Assembly: GCA_019358935.1 (NCBI GenBank) | Contig: JAHHIK010000019.1 | Coordinates: forward strand, 29,845 to 93,844 | Direction: 5' to 3' | From: Tolypothrix carrinoi HA7290-LM1 | Lineage (GTDB): Bacteria > Cyanobacteriota > Cyanobacteriia > Cyanobacteriales > Nostocaceae | Length of the DNA stretch: 64,000 bases | Shown here: in pieces, positions 29,626 to 39,272 of the stretch | How the letters are laid out: the number at the start of each line of letters is the position of its first letter | How positions within the stretch are numbered: the stretch's first letter is position 1 | The notes under the pieces: generated by a model | The model's database searches: none | The model's input: the letters and a program-made list of their open reading frames with translations, nothing else | Told to the model about the DNA's origin: nothing | Position numbers and translations under genes: made by a program

Positions 29626-30105
29626 ATGAGGAAAATACTATTCATATTAATTGGTCTAAAAGGAGCTGGAAAAACATATATTGGAAGTAAAGTAAATAAA
29701 AATACAGACATAAAGTTCTTAAGAGTAGAGCCTATATGGCTGAAATTAGCGCCTGGTGAGAATGGTTGGGAAAGAGTAGAGAACGAAATCGATAAGGAGT
29801 TTCAGCAGCATAGTAAGGTGATGATTGAAAGTTTAGGAGCCGGAGAAGGATTTAATTCTTTGTATTCGTCATTAAGAAATAAATATGAAGTAAAACTGGT
29901 AAAAGTGTCTGCTGATTTTGATGAGTGCTTGAGAAGAGTGAGAAATAGAGACAATTCAGATCACATACCAGTATCAGATGAGAAAGTAGAAGAATACAAT
30001 AAGATAGCAGCGACCATTAACCATAAATGGGATGCGGTTATTGATAATAATGGTCCAGCTACTGATGAAGATATACTTAGGGTCATTGAATCTATACAAG
30101 TGTAG
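29626..30105 (+). CDS. Small P-loop kinase (shikimate/nucleotide kinase-like)
   Basis: GLKGAGKT Walker A, ECLRRVRNR lid, IDNNG; AT-rich, no HIP1. Confidence 0.7.
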   Translation: MRKILFILIGLKGAGKTYIGSKVNKNTDIKFLRVEPIWLKLAPGENGWERVENEIDKEFQQHSKVMIESLGAGEGFNSLYSSLRNKYEVKLVKVSADFDECLRRVRNRDNSDHIPVSDEKVEEYNKIAATINHKWDAVIDNNGPATDEDILRVIESIQV

Positions 30106-30165
30106 CAACCTGCAATGCTAAATCCTAAAGGCTGAACAATTAGGGGACACGCTATAAGTTTTTGT

Positions 30166-30312
30166 AATGCACAAACAGCAGTCGAGATTATCGGTGGATC
30201 TGGAATCACTAAAGAGTATCAAACGGGCAAATTTTTGAATGACGCTTGGATCGGATATTCCTGTGACTTCACGCGAGAGATATTGCGGCTTAATTTGGTA
30301 AACTTTATTTAA
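30166..30312 (+). pseudogene. Acyl-CoA dehydrogenase 3' fragment
   Basis: Near-identical to 28998-29144. Confidence 0.9.
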
Positions 30313-30381
30313 ACCACAGATAAACACAGATTAATTTGATACATTTGTGTTTATCTGTAGTTAAAACCAAATATCAGTTAT

Positions 30382-31773
30382 TTAACTTTTAGCGATACCT
30401 TCTTCACGCGCTGCACGTTGCACAGCACCAGAAACAGCGCTAACAACTCGCTCATCAAAGACTGAAGGTATAATATGTTCGCGATTCAAATCTGAAGGTT
30501 TAACTAAAGAAGCGATCGCACTAGCAGCTTCCAGATACATTCTGATGCTAATCGACCCCGCTCGACAATCTAAAGCGCCACGAAACACTCCAGGAAACGC
30601 CAGAACGTTATTAATTTGGTTTGGATAGTCACTGCGTCCGGTAGCGATGACAGCAACATCCTTGCTGACCAATTCTGGCTGAATTTCTGGAATCGGATTT
30701 GCCATTGCAAAGACGATCGCATCTTTCGCCATTGATTGTACCATTTCCGGTGTCAACACTCCGGGGGCGCTGACACCGATAAAGACATCTGCACCTTGCA
30801 TTGCACCAGCTAAAGTACCCTGTGCTTTGACAGCAAATTCCTGCTTTTCCTCGGTTAAATCGGTGCGACTAGTAGAGATAATGCCTTTTGAGTCGCACAT
30901 CCAGATTTTTTCTGCGCCGGCTTTACAGAGTAAACGAGCGATCGCTACTCCCGCAGCACCCGCACCGTTAATCACAATACGGATTTCCGCCATTGACTTA
31001 TGCACTAACTTCAGCGCGTTAAATAACGCTGCTAAAGTGACAATTGCCGTACCATGCTGATCGTCGTGAAAAACGGGGATATCTAACTCACTTCGCAGTC
31101 TTCGTTCAATTTCAAAGCAGCGAGGAGCAGCGATATCCTCTAAATTCACTCCCCCAAAAACCGGAGCGAGATTTTTTACTGTACGGACAATTTCATCTGT
31201 ATCTTGAGTTGCAAGGCAAATAGGGAAAGCATCGATGCCTGCAAATTCTTTAAACAGCATCGCTTTTCCTTCCATGACTGGCAGAGCCGCATCGGGACCG
31301 AGATTGCCCAAACCTAAAACAGCACTACCATCTGTAACAATAGCGACAGTATTTTTTTTGATAGTTAAGTTGTAAACTTCTTCGGGATTTTGGGCGATCG
31401 CTGTACAAATTCTACCAACTCCAGGCGTGTAAGCCATTGCTAGGTCAGAGACGCTTTTAAGGGGAATTCTGCTAGCAATGCTGATTTTACCGCCGCGATG
31501 TAAATTAAACGTGCGATCGTAAACATTCAGCACCTTTATGTCTGGTAAAGCTTTTACTGCTTGGACAATCGTTTCCGCGTGTTCGGTGCTAGCTGCATCT
31601 ACAGTGATATCGCGGGTGGAAAAAGAGCGCGTTTGCTCGATTAAATCAATTTGACCGAGATTACCCCCACAGGTTGCGATCGCTTGTGTGACTGATGCCA
31701 ACATTCCTACACGGTTAGGAATTTCTAAGCGAATCGTCAAACTAAAACTCGAATTCGGTGTTAAGGCTACCAT
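30382..31773 (-). CDS. NAD(P)-dependent malic enzyme with N-terminal ACT domain
   Basis: AYTPGVG, TDGSAVLGLGN, MEGKA, NLEDI, HDDQHGTA, GAGAAG, NQINN. Confidence 0.95.
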   Translation of the reverse strand: MVALTPNSSFSLTIRLEIPNRVGMLASVTQAIATCGGNLGQIDLIEQTRSFSTRDITVDAASTEHAETIVQAVKALPDIKVLNVYDRTFNLHRGGKISIASRIPLKSVSDLAMAYTPGVGRICTAIAQNPEEVYNLTIKKNTVAIVTDGSAVLGLGNLGPDAALPVMEGKAMLFKEFAGIDAFPICLATQDTDEIVRTVKNLAPVFGGVNLEDIAAPRCFEIERRLRSELDIPVFHDDQHGTAIVTLAALFNALKLVHKSMAEIRIVINGAGAAGVAIARLLCKAGAEKIWMCDSKGIISTSRTDLTEEKQEFAVKAQGTLAGAMQGADVFIGVSAPGVLTPEMVQSMAKDAIVFAMANPIPEIQPELVSKDVAVIATGRSDYPNQINNVLAFPGVFRGALDCRAGSISIRMYLEAASAIASLVKPSDLNREHIIPSVFDERVVSAVSGAVQRAAREEGIAKS

Positions 31774-31806
31774 CGTGATTTTACATTTTAAATATTTGAT
31801 TTTATA

Positions 31807-33300
31807 GTCAACTACCCGCCACCAAACGGAGTACCGCTATGGTGGGGGCTTGCATCTTCGTTCCACCTCAATTCCGAAAACCTTCGCAGGATTTCAGCTT
31901 TGGCTTCATCACGAGACACATCAGGGAGTGCTGACAAGACCCCCGTACTAATCCAGTCTTGCCGGACAAGCAGCGTTCTAAGTGCAATATTCCTGGAACC
32001 TACCAAGTCAGCATGGAGTTCATATCCGCAACATTCACAGCGAAATAGTAAGCCTTTGTCTGGTCTATTAGTTTTCGATGTATGCCCACATTTAGGACAA
32101 CTTTGCGAAGTGTAATGAGCCTGAACCTTAGTTGCTAAACTGCCATTTAAAACTGCTTTATAGTCAATATACCCGTGTAGTTCAGCAAATGACCATTTAG
32201 CTTTATTCCGATTAGCTTTACGCTGTTTCTTGCTAACCCTCTTGCCTGACCTAGACTTAGTTCTTTCACGAATTCCGGTCAAGTTTTCTAGTCCAATCAA
32301 GCTGTTAGGTTTAGCAATTTGTTTGCTGATTTGGTGGTTCACGTCAGCGATAAACCGTCTCTCTCTGCCAGACAAAGTAATTGGTCTTCGCTTTGCTGAC
32401 CGAGTGCCTTTACGCTGAAGACTTTGCCGTCTTTTGTGATAACGGTTAGCTATATGCCTAGCCTTCTTGCCAGAATAGAATTTAGTTTTATTCTGCAAGT
32501 CCGCTTCTACTGCTAAATAGCGTTGTCCAACGTCAACTCCTGAGATCCTAGTAATAGTCAATGGATTAATACTAAGTGCCTCGATTTCTAAACTCACCAT
32601 CAGATAGTAAGTTTTTGATGAACGTTGATAGACAATCTTAGCTGCGCCAATCTTGACGCAGTTGGCAATCAAATTTAAATGCTTGTTGTATCCATCGTAA
32701 CGGACAATTACACGACCATTTAAAGTATTAATACTAACTCTTTGCTCACTCTTAAAAGAGTAGTCCCTTTGGTAGTTCAAAGTACAAGTACGAGAGATGT
32801 ATTTAGGGGCTTTATCTAGTCCTTTATATCGTTTATTGGTGTACCCTTGCTTTATGGCTTCACTATTTTGTTTTGCTTTAGTCCACAAAGTTTTGTAGGT
32901 TGCCGATACTTGTCTAGGAATATTACACGCCATTTGCGCTCCCAGACTGAACCGGGTTCGTAGGTCTGCATAAACTAGTTTTTGCAACTTAGTGCCATTG
33001 CTGGACTTGCCATTGTCAAAAGCCACGAGCGAAGTGTAATTCAAGGCATCACGATAAGCCAAAGTCGTTTCAGCCACCAACGTTTTTTGCTCGGAGGAGA
33101 GATTCAACTTTAATTTAGCGGTAATTACTTGGTTCACAATCTTCACTGAACTCCGAATTATTCTAACTAGTGAAGATATTTCTGGCAAGCACAATGCATT
33201 TGTTTGTCTCTTCCATCCATCCTTCAAGAGTGGTACCCACATTAGGCACATTAGTCAGATGGGTGTCGTCATCTCACCCGCACGCGGTTCCAGTTGAATT
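31807..33300 (-). mobile_element. IS200/IS605-family tnpB-only (IS1341-like) element; left end approximate
   Basis: Right-end hairpin ending GGGTAGTTGAC at 31807; no tnpA; HIP1-free; hairpin near 33260-33281. Confidence 0.75.
31812..33137 (-). CDS. tnpB: RNA-guided endonuclease TnpB
   Basis: RuvC GVDVG / LENL / HADLVGSRNI; Zn ribbon TSQSCPKCG...CECCG; GTG start inferred. Confidence 0.9.
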   Translation of the reverse strand: MNQVITAKLKLNLSSEQKTLVAETTLAYRDALNYTSLVAFDNGKSSNGTKLQKLVYADLRTRFSLGAQMACNIPRQVSATYKTLWTKAKQNSEAIKQGYTNKRYKGLDKAPKYISRTCTLNYQRDYSFKSEQRVSINTLNGRVIVRYDGYNKHLNLIANCVKIGAAKIVYQRSSKTYYLMVSLEIEALSINPLTITRISGVDVGQRYLAVEADLQNKTKFYSGKKARHIANRYHKRRQSLQRKGTRSAKRRPITLSGRERRFIADVNHQISKQIAKPNSLIGLENLTGIRERTKSRSGKRVSKKQRKANRNKAKWSFAELHGYIDYKAVLNGSLATKVQAHYTSQSCPKCGHTSKTNRPDKGLLFRCECCGYELHADLVGSRNIALRTLLVRQDWISTGVLSALPDVSRDEAKAEILRRFSELRWNEDASPHHSGTPFGGG

Positions 33301-33531
33301 TATTTAAAATTTCACACTTCACTACTTATTAGCCTTGCGCTCCCGCGCACGCTTCGCGAACAGGCTGAAAGATGCTGTTATAGCGAATTAGGGGTATCGC
33401 CCCTCACAGAAGGATTTTTCGTCATTTCACGCAATTGTAGAGACGTTCGGTCCGGAACGTCTCTACGAGGGTTTTTTGGTAAGGTATCCTTCTTTCTTGT
33501 CGGTTAATTTGAAAACAGTTCCAAGTCCCCT

Positions 33532-34206
33532 TTATGCCATCGGTTGAGGTTCTTTGACTTTCGCTGCCAACGACGTAGGGTCAACCGATTTTAGTTCACC
33601 GTGGTTGAGTGTCCAGCAACTGTCAGCGATCGCTAACATATCCCCAGCATCATGTGTGACAACTAACAGTGTCCAATGTTGCTTCAGTTTCGCCAATAAG
33701 TTTACCAATTGCCGACGCATTGACCAATCTAATCCTGCTGTCGGTTCGTCCAGCAGCAGAACGTGTGGTTGGCGAATCAACTGCACCGCTAAAGCCAAAC
33801 GTCGCTGCTGACCTCCACTTAAAGCATGAGGTGGTGTACTCAGAGATAAATGCTCTAATCCGACTTCAGTAAGTGCTTCTTCAACTCGGTTTCTTCCTAG
33901 TTCTGGATGCCCCAAACGCAATTCTTCTAAAATAGTACCACCGCAAAAATGCCGCTCTGGAAACTGAAACACCAATCCGGCTAATTGTTGTAATTGTTCG
34001 GCTATAAGTACTTGTTCGCGCCATAAGACTCCGCCAGATGTCGGTTCGGCTAGTCCTGATAAAATTTCTAGTAAGGTACTTTTGCCGGAACCACTCGGAC
34101 CAATAATTAAACCTAGTTGTTGCGCTGGTAAGTCCAAATTGAGTGATTTGAGAATTGGTGTAGGGCAAGCTGTGGGATGATAAATTAGATTTCTGAGATA
34201 GAGCAT
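33532..34206 (-). CDS. ABC transporter ATP-binding protein (EcfA/CbiO-like)
   Basis: GPSGSGKST, VFQFPERHF, LSGGQQRR, LDEPTAGLD. Confidence 0.85.
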   Translation of the reverse strand: MLYLRNLIYHPTACPTPILKSLNLDLPAQQLGLIIGPSGSGKSTLLEILSGLAEPTSGGVLWREQVLIAEQLQQLAGLVFQFPERHFCGGTILEELRLGHPELGRNRVEEALTEVGLEHLSLSTPPHALSGGQQRRLALAVQLIRQPHVLLLDEPTAGLDWSMRRQLVNLLAKLKQHWTLLVVTHDAGDMLAIADSCWTLNHGELKSVDPTSLAAKVKEPQPMA

Positions 34207-34469
34207 TTGTTAAGATTACCAAAAAGTCAGCAAATTACTGATTAACTACACTAAGAGCAACTAAAAAATTCCGAAAATTTTCTTCAATTAATTACCTACC
34301 TAAAAAAATTAATCACTTGAGCAAGAAAAATCCATCTTCTTACCGAAGTGTACTTTTCTTTATTGTGGCAGACTTACCCTTGGTCAATAGCTATAACAAG
34401 CATGGAAACTTGGAAAAGTTACCAAGGTGAAATTGTGTATAAAATTTTTCAAAGAAAGCGCAAGTCAGA

Positions 34470-34661
34470 GGGGGTAGGGTGTAGGGGGTAGGGTGTAGGG
34501 AACCTACGTTTAAAAACGTGGGACGCACGGCTCTGGACGCTTTGCGAAATCGTGAAGAATGCCACTCAAAGCAATTCTTTTTTTTACGCTTGCTTAAACC
34601 CACAAAGTAAGTTTTCTCCCCCACACCCCACACCCCACACCCCACACCCTGTTTTTTGTAA
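34470..34661. repeat. About 190-bp dispersed element with hairpin and inverted STRR arms
   Basis: Shares arms, GAACCYACGTTTWAAAACGTGGGA and CTGTTTTTTGTAA with 60249-60435. Confidence 0.7.
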
Positions 34662-34725
34662 CCAGTTTTTTAGATTTTAAGTAACAAATAAAACAATTTA
34701 AAGCGTAATTATTCTGAGGTTAACA

Positions 34726-35661
34726 ATGACTAAATGGTTTTACGTTTCTCAAAAAATAGTGTCTGCCAAACTTGGTAGGCTGGCTCAAGCAAGTTTTGCA
34801 GTAGCGATCGCCCTCATGTGGCTAAATCCATCTTTAGCTGCCGATCCTTTTCGTACTAACGACCAAAGGAAAATTGGCGACAAGACAGAAGCAGCTTTTA
34901 AGGCAATTTTCCAACAAGGTAACTACAAAGAGGCAGAGCTTTACTTACAACAAGCCGAATCTAGTGAACCAAATGAACCACTAGCTTATGCGATGAAGGC
35001 ATCTTTAGCATACGCTAATAAAGATTTGTCTGCTTTAGACACATACAGTAAAAAAACCCTGCAAACCGGACAAAATCTGATTGCTGTAGACCCGTTGCGT
35101 GGCAATTTATACACTGCTGTCGGTCATTTTTTAGAAGGTGCGGTAATTCTCCAGCGTCAGGGTACAGTTAGCGGGGCACCGCAAGCTTTGACTCGGTTGC
35201 GACAAGTTTATCAATATTTAGACAAAGCCGAAGCCGTTTCTGCCAACGATCCAGAACTGAATTTAATTAAGGGCTATATGGATTTGATGCTAGCTGTCAA
35301 TTTGCCTTTTGCCAATCCAGAGCAAGCGATTGAACGCTTAGAAAAAAATGCAAGTCCTCAATATTTAGCCAATCGCGGTGTTGCTCTTGCCTACCGGGAC
35401 TTAAAACAGTACTCTCAAGCACTAGAGTATGCAAATCGAGCCTTGAAAATGACATCTGATAACCCGGAGATGTATTATCTAAAAGGGCAAATCTTGCAAG
35501 AACAGGGGAAAAAAGAAAAAAGCAAGCCAATGATACAAGAAGCGATCGCTAATTTTGACAAAGCACTAGCAAAAAAATCCCAACTTCCAGCTGGTTTAGT
35601 CAAACAGATTGAACGCGAACGTCGTAGTGCTACAAACCGCCTAAATAATACTGGAAGCTAA
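34726..35661 (+). CDS. TPR-repeat exported protein (Sll0314/Alr1548-like)
   Basis: Signal peptide ending AADPFR, TPR helices, DPLRGNLY, DPELNLIKGYMDLMLAVNLPF. Confidence 0.8.
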   Translation: MTKWFYVSQKIVSAKLGRLAQASFAVAIALMWLNPSLAADPFRTNDQRKIGDKTEAAFKAIFQQGNYKEAELYLQQAESSEPNEPLAYAMKASLAYANKDLSALDTYSKKTLQTGQNLIAVDPLRGNLYTAVGHFLEGAVILQRQGTVSGAPQALTRLRQVYQYLDKAEAVSANDPELNLIKGYMDLMLAVNLPFANPEQAIERLEKNASPQYLANRGVALAYRDLKQYSQALEYANRALKMTSDNPEMYYLKGQILQEQGKKEKSKPMIQEAIANFDKALAKKSQLPAGLVKQIERERRSATNRLNNTGS

Positions 35662-35845
35662 TTCGGCAATTGGGCATGGGGCATTGGGCATTGGGAATTG
35701 GTAATTGGTAATTGTCCACGCCAGATGCTTCAAGTCTGGCGACCGAACGCACTGGCTCCCCTTGTCTCCCTTGTCTCCCTTGTCTCTCTTGTCTCCCTGC
35801 CCCCTGCCCCCTGCCCCATTCCCCATTACCCATTCCCAACTTTAA

Positions 35846-36295
35846 ATGCATATTCAATTTCGCGATTTTAATCCTTTTGATGTTTGGATTTGGCTAAGTT
35901 TTACTACAATTCCTTCTGAACGAGAAAAGCAGTATGTAGAAGAAGTTTTCAATTCTTGGTTTTATTTAGGCAAATTAGGTGCATTTAATGCCGAAAATCT
36001 CCAGGTACAGGAAACCGGAGTTGATCTGAGTTACATGAATTACGACTCCCAAGGTTATGACAAAAGCTTGCTAGCGTTGATGCATAATATGGGTGAGTTT
36101 GAATATCAGGGAACTTGGGCACGTTGTTGGTTTGATTTGGGAACTAGTGATGCGATCGCTCTCGATATTTTAATCAATTCTCTCACGCAATTGAGTGAGG
36201 AATATGTCACCATTGAGCAATTATATATCGGCGGCGAAAATGACGATTGGTCTGTGGAAGATAGCGAGAGTCATCAATTTTCGCAGAATAATTAA
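35846..36295 (+). CDS. DUF3531-family protein
   Basis: FRDFNPFDVWIW, WFYLGKLGAFN, RCWFDLGTSD. Confidence 0.8.
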   Translation: MHIQFRDFNPFDVWIWLSFTTIPSEREKQYVEEVFNSWFYLGKLGAFNAENLQVQETGVDLSYMNYDSQGYDKSLLALMHNMGEFEYQGTWARCWFDLGTSDAIALDILINSLTQLSEEYVTIEQLYIGGENDDWSVEDSESHQFSQNN

Positions 36296-36310
36296 TTTTT
36301 CACAATAACA

Positions 36311-36739
36311 ATGCATAAACCAGGTGAAATTCGCGTTTTAGCTTTGGGGCTAATTAAAAAAGGCGATCGTACTTTTATTTCCCAAGGCTACGATCCAGTT
36401 AAGCAGCAAACTTTTTACCGCGCAATGGGTGGTGGTGTTGACTTTGGGGAAACGAGTTTTGAAGCACTTCAGCGAGAATTTCAAGAAGAAATACAAGCAG
36501 AATTAACTAACATTCATTACTTGGGTTGTATAGAAAATCTCTTCACTTTTAACGGTAAACAAGGTCACGAAATCTTGCAAATATATCAATGTGATTTTGT
36601 CGATCCCAAGTTTTATCAACTGGAAAATTTAGTGTTTGCTGAAGGTGAAAGACAAAAAACAGCGCTTTGGGTAGAAATTAGCCGTTTGAAATCAGGAGAA
36701 TTAAAGTTAGTACCCGAACAGTTTTTAGAGTATTTATGA
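36311..36739 (+). CDS. NUDIX hydrolase
   Basis: GGGVDFGETSFEALQREFQEEI. Confidence 0.9.
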   Translation: MHKPGEIRVLALGLIKKGDRTFISQGYDPVKQQTFYRAMGGGVDFGETSFEALQREFQEEIQAELTNIHYLGCIENLFTFNGKQGHEILQIYQCDFVDPKFYQLENLVFAEGERQKTALWVEISRLKSGELKLVPEQFLEYL

Positions 36740-37167
36740 AGCAAACAGGCAAAATACGAGTAAAAGTATTTGGCTTAATTCGAGATCAAGAAAGGCTTTT
36801 TGTTTCTGAAGATTACGATAGCGTGAAGCAAGAAAAATATTACCGCGCTTTAGGTGGTAGTATTGAATTTGGTGAAACTAGCCACGCAGCCCTACAAAGA
36901 GAGTTTCAAGAGGAAATTCAAGGGGAATTAACAAATATTCGCTATCTGGGTTGTCTGGAAAATTTATTTATTTATGAAGGTAAACCGGGTCATGAAATTG
37001 TTCAAGTTTATGAATGTGATTTTGTTGATTCCAAGTTTTATCAACTAGAAAAATTAGTGTTTTTTGAAGCGGGTAATTCTCAACATCAAGCGATGTGGAT
37101 AGATATTTATCGCTTCAAATCAGGTGAGTTGAGATTAGTACCTGAGCAGTTCGTCGATTATTTGTAA
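36736..37167 (+). CDS. NUDIX hydrolase, tandem paralogue
   Basis: GGSIEFGETSHAALQREFQEEI; ATGA overlap with the previous gene. Confidence 0.9.
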   Translation: MKQTGKIRVKVFGLIRDQERLFVSEDYDSVKQEKYYRALGGSIEFGETSHAALQREFQEEIQGELTNIRYLGCLENLFIYEGKPGHEIVQVYECDFVDSKFYQLEKLVFFEAGNSQHQAMWIDIYRFKSGELRLVPEQFVDYL

Positions 37168-37186
37168 AGAGTATTTTTTACTTTTA

Positions 37187-37537
37187 TTAAGAAAGTAATG
37201 TCATTATTTTAGCAATTACATTTTCAGTGATATCGTTAGAGGCTTTTTCTTTAAATTGGGCGTTTCTAGCTTTCCAATCCAAGCTTTTAACTTGGTCTGC
37301 AAGAACGACTCCTGATGTTTGCATTTCTTGAGGAAGTAATACTTCAAAAGGATATTGTTTTACCTGATTAGTAATAGGACAAATTAGCGCCAACCCTACT
37401 TTTTTGTTGTAACTGGCGGGAGATACAACAATAGCAGGGCGACGCTCGGCTTGTTCATGACCTTTTTGGGGGTTAAAATCTATCCAAATAATATCCCCTC
37501 GCTCAGGTACATAAAAGGAATAGTTACCAGATTTCAC
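37187..37537 (-). CDS. mazF: MazF/PemK endoribonuclease toxin
   Basis: PERGDIIWIDFNPQKGHEQAERRPA, CPIT, DQVKSLDWKAR. Confidence 0.92.
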   Translation of the reverse strand: MKSGNYSFYVPERGDIIWIDFNPQKGHEQAERRPAIVVSPASYNKKVGLALICPITNQVKQYPFEVLLPQEMQTSGVVLADQVKSLDWKARNAQFKEKASNDITENVIAKIMTLLS

Positions 37538-37766
37538 TGCCTAGGCAACTCCCAGTATCTACCTCTGTATGAAGGTTTTCTGGCGTTACTTTTTCAAGTA
37601 ATTCTTCTAGGGTATAGCTCTTTCTTTGAGGAGCGACGATTAGTTTACCCTCAGAAATACTGATAGACACATTTGTACCTTCCCTTAAGTTAACTTGATC
37701 GGCTATATATTTGGGCAGGCGAATACCAATACTGTTTCCCCACTTTGAAACTACTTGGGAATACAT
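37524..37766 (-). CDS. mazE: MazE (AbrB-type) antitoxin
   Basis: KWGNSIGIRLPK, YTLEELL, G.EIW. Confidence 0.92.
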   Translation of the reverse strand: MYSQVVSKWGNSIGIRLPKYIADQVNLREGTNVSISISEGKLIVAPQRKSYTLEELLEKVTPENLHTEVDTGSCLGSEIW

Positions 37767-37826
37767 AATTTACATCAATTCTTTTTGGCAGCTAATTTAC
37801 AACACTTTTTAAATTTAAATCATGTT

Positions 37827-37845
37827 GTATATACTAAGTATATAC
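37827..37845. promoter_or_regulatory. Putative MazEF operator
   Basis: GTATATAC-TAA-GTATATAC tandem palindromes about 60 bp upstream of mazE. Confidence 0.6.
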
Positions 37846-38000
37846 TAAAAATTCCACAAGCTTGCATTCTTCATTTATGTTTATAGATGGAGTGTCAGGA
37901 ATTACTCGACATGACAAACGATTTTTATAGTCAGCCTCTAAGATAATGATGGAACGAGGAGTTGGGAGTTAGAAATAATATAACTCCTATCTCCCCCATG

Positions 38001-38306
38001 TTATTTTCCGCTGTAGAAAAAGGCAATTTCTTTCTCTTTTAAAGGAGCAAAACCAGCGTCTACTAGTTTTTTATCGAGTTCTGCTTGGGGAATGTGTTTT
38101 GCGCCAATTCGCACGATGCGCGATCGCATTGTATTAGATACGCCACTGCGCTGTCTATTTGCCTCTAGCGCCATAACTTCGGTGTACAGTTCTAACTTGG
38201 CTGGGGGAATTGGAGAACCGTCAAAATCAATTCCTTGGGCGATCGCTTCATCAATCGCATCGGCACCTGTGGTAGTTTGATTTCCTGGGTTAATTTCAGC
38301 AGGCAT
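38001..38306 (-). CDS. DUF4090-like protein
   Basis: GADAIDEAIAQGIDFDGS, RQRSGV..TMRSRIVRIGAKH. Confidence 0.75.
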   Translation of the reverse strand: MPAEINPGNQTTTGADAIDEAIAQGIDFDGSPIPPAKLELYTEVMALEANRQRSGVSNTMRSRIVRIGAKHIPQAELDKKLVDAGFAPLKEKEIAFFYSGK

Positions 38307-38513
38307 GGCAATTTAATTAGTCTAAAGGCTATAAGTATATTTTACCAGCCTTAGGTATTGGCGAGTGGTGAGTAGGCAATCGGGAGTAGTAAAAGAAAAA
38401 TTCCCCACTCCCGACTTTCCACTCCCCACTCCCCACAATATTTGCAGATACGCTTGTCAGTTTGAGAGTTTTTAGTTTAATCTCAAACCAATGGTGTAGC
38501 CATAGGTGGTGCT

Positions 38514-38900
38514 ATGTCTGAATCTCATACTCCTCATCAAAAAGAGCGTGCTTTAGAAAAAGCTCTGACCAATAAAATAATAGATGATTGTTTTGCTTAC
38601 TCGGAAAGCTGGCTGCGAGCCATTTTGCGGATGTGCATCTTCTCTTTGGCTTATTTAGATGGACAACCAGTGTTTGTCGTTGAATGTCCTAATCAAGCGG
38701 TAGCTAAACGCTTGAGTCGTAAAACTTATCCTTTTCGAGGAATGGTATATTATTTAACAGATAAATCGAACGATCGCGATCGCACTTTATTTTGCTATCA
38801 AAAACCGGACGGCGTTAATTGGCGCTGTTTTGATACTACCACCAACTCTTGGAAAACCTTGAGTAATTTACACACACCGATTGCGCCAACTGATAGTTGA
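38514..38900 (+). CDS. Hypothetical protein
   Basis: 128-aa ORF with AGGTGG RBS. Confidence 0.6.
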   Translation: MSESHTPHQKERALEKALTNKIIDDCFAYSESWLRAILRMCIFSLAYLDGQPVFVVECPNQAVAKRLSRKTYPFRGMVYYLTDKSNDRDRTLFCYQKPDGVNWRCFDTTTNSWKTLSNLHTPIAPTDS

Positions 38901-38959
38901 TACTAGATTGTCAAAAGTCACGCATTCAAAAATAATTACTCTTGACTTTTGACTATTAA

Positions 38960-39214
38960 CTAATTACGAGATTGCCGCGTCACTAAACCGCCGGCAAATG
39001 CCCCTAAAACTGTCCCCGTCCACAGTCCGGTAGTGCTACCTTGCCACATTGCTCCTGGTGTCACCCAAGCGTTACAAACTTCCTTTAATACCCAACCTTG
39101 ATTTTGACACTTTTGGCTATGGATAGCTAAAGTAATTTGCCCGCTAATATAACCACCAACCAATCCTGAAGTTAGCGCTAAAAACGTGCAAATTAGAACT
39201 CTGTTCTTAGTCAT
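38960..39214 (-). CDS. Small membrane protein
   Basis: Two Gly-rich hydrophobic segments flanking a Cys pair. Confidence 0.6.
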   Translation of the reverse strand: MTKNRVLICTFLALTSGLVGGYISGQITLAIHSQKCQNQGWVLKEVCNAWVTPGAMWQGSTTGLWTGTVLGAFAGGLVTRQSRN

Positions 39215-39272
39215 TGTAGTGAGCGGTTTACCGCTCAAAGCTAAGGTAGTAAGGGCTGAAGCCCTTACTACA

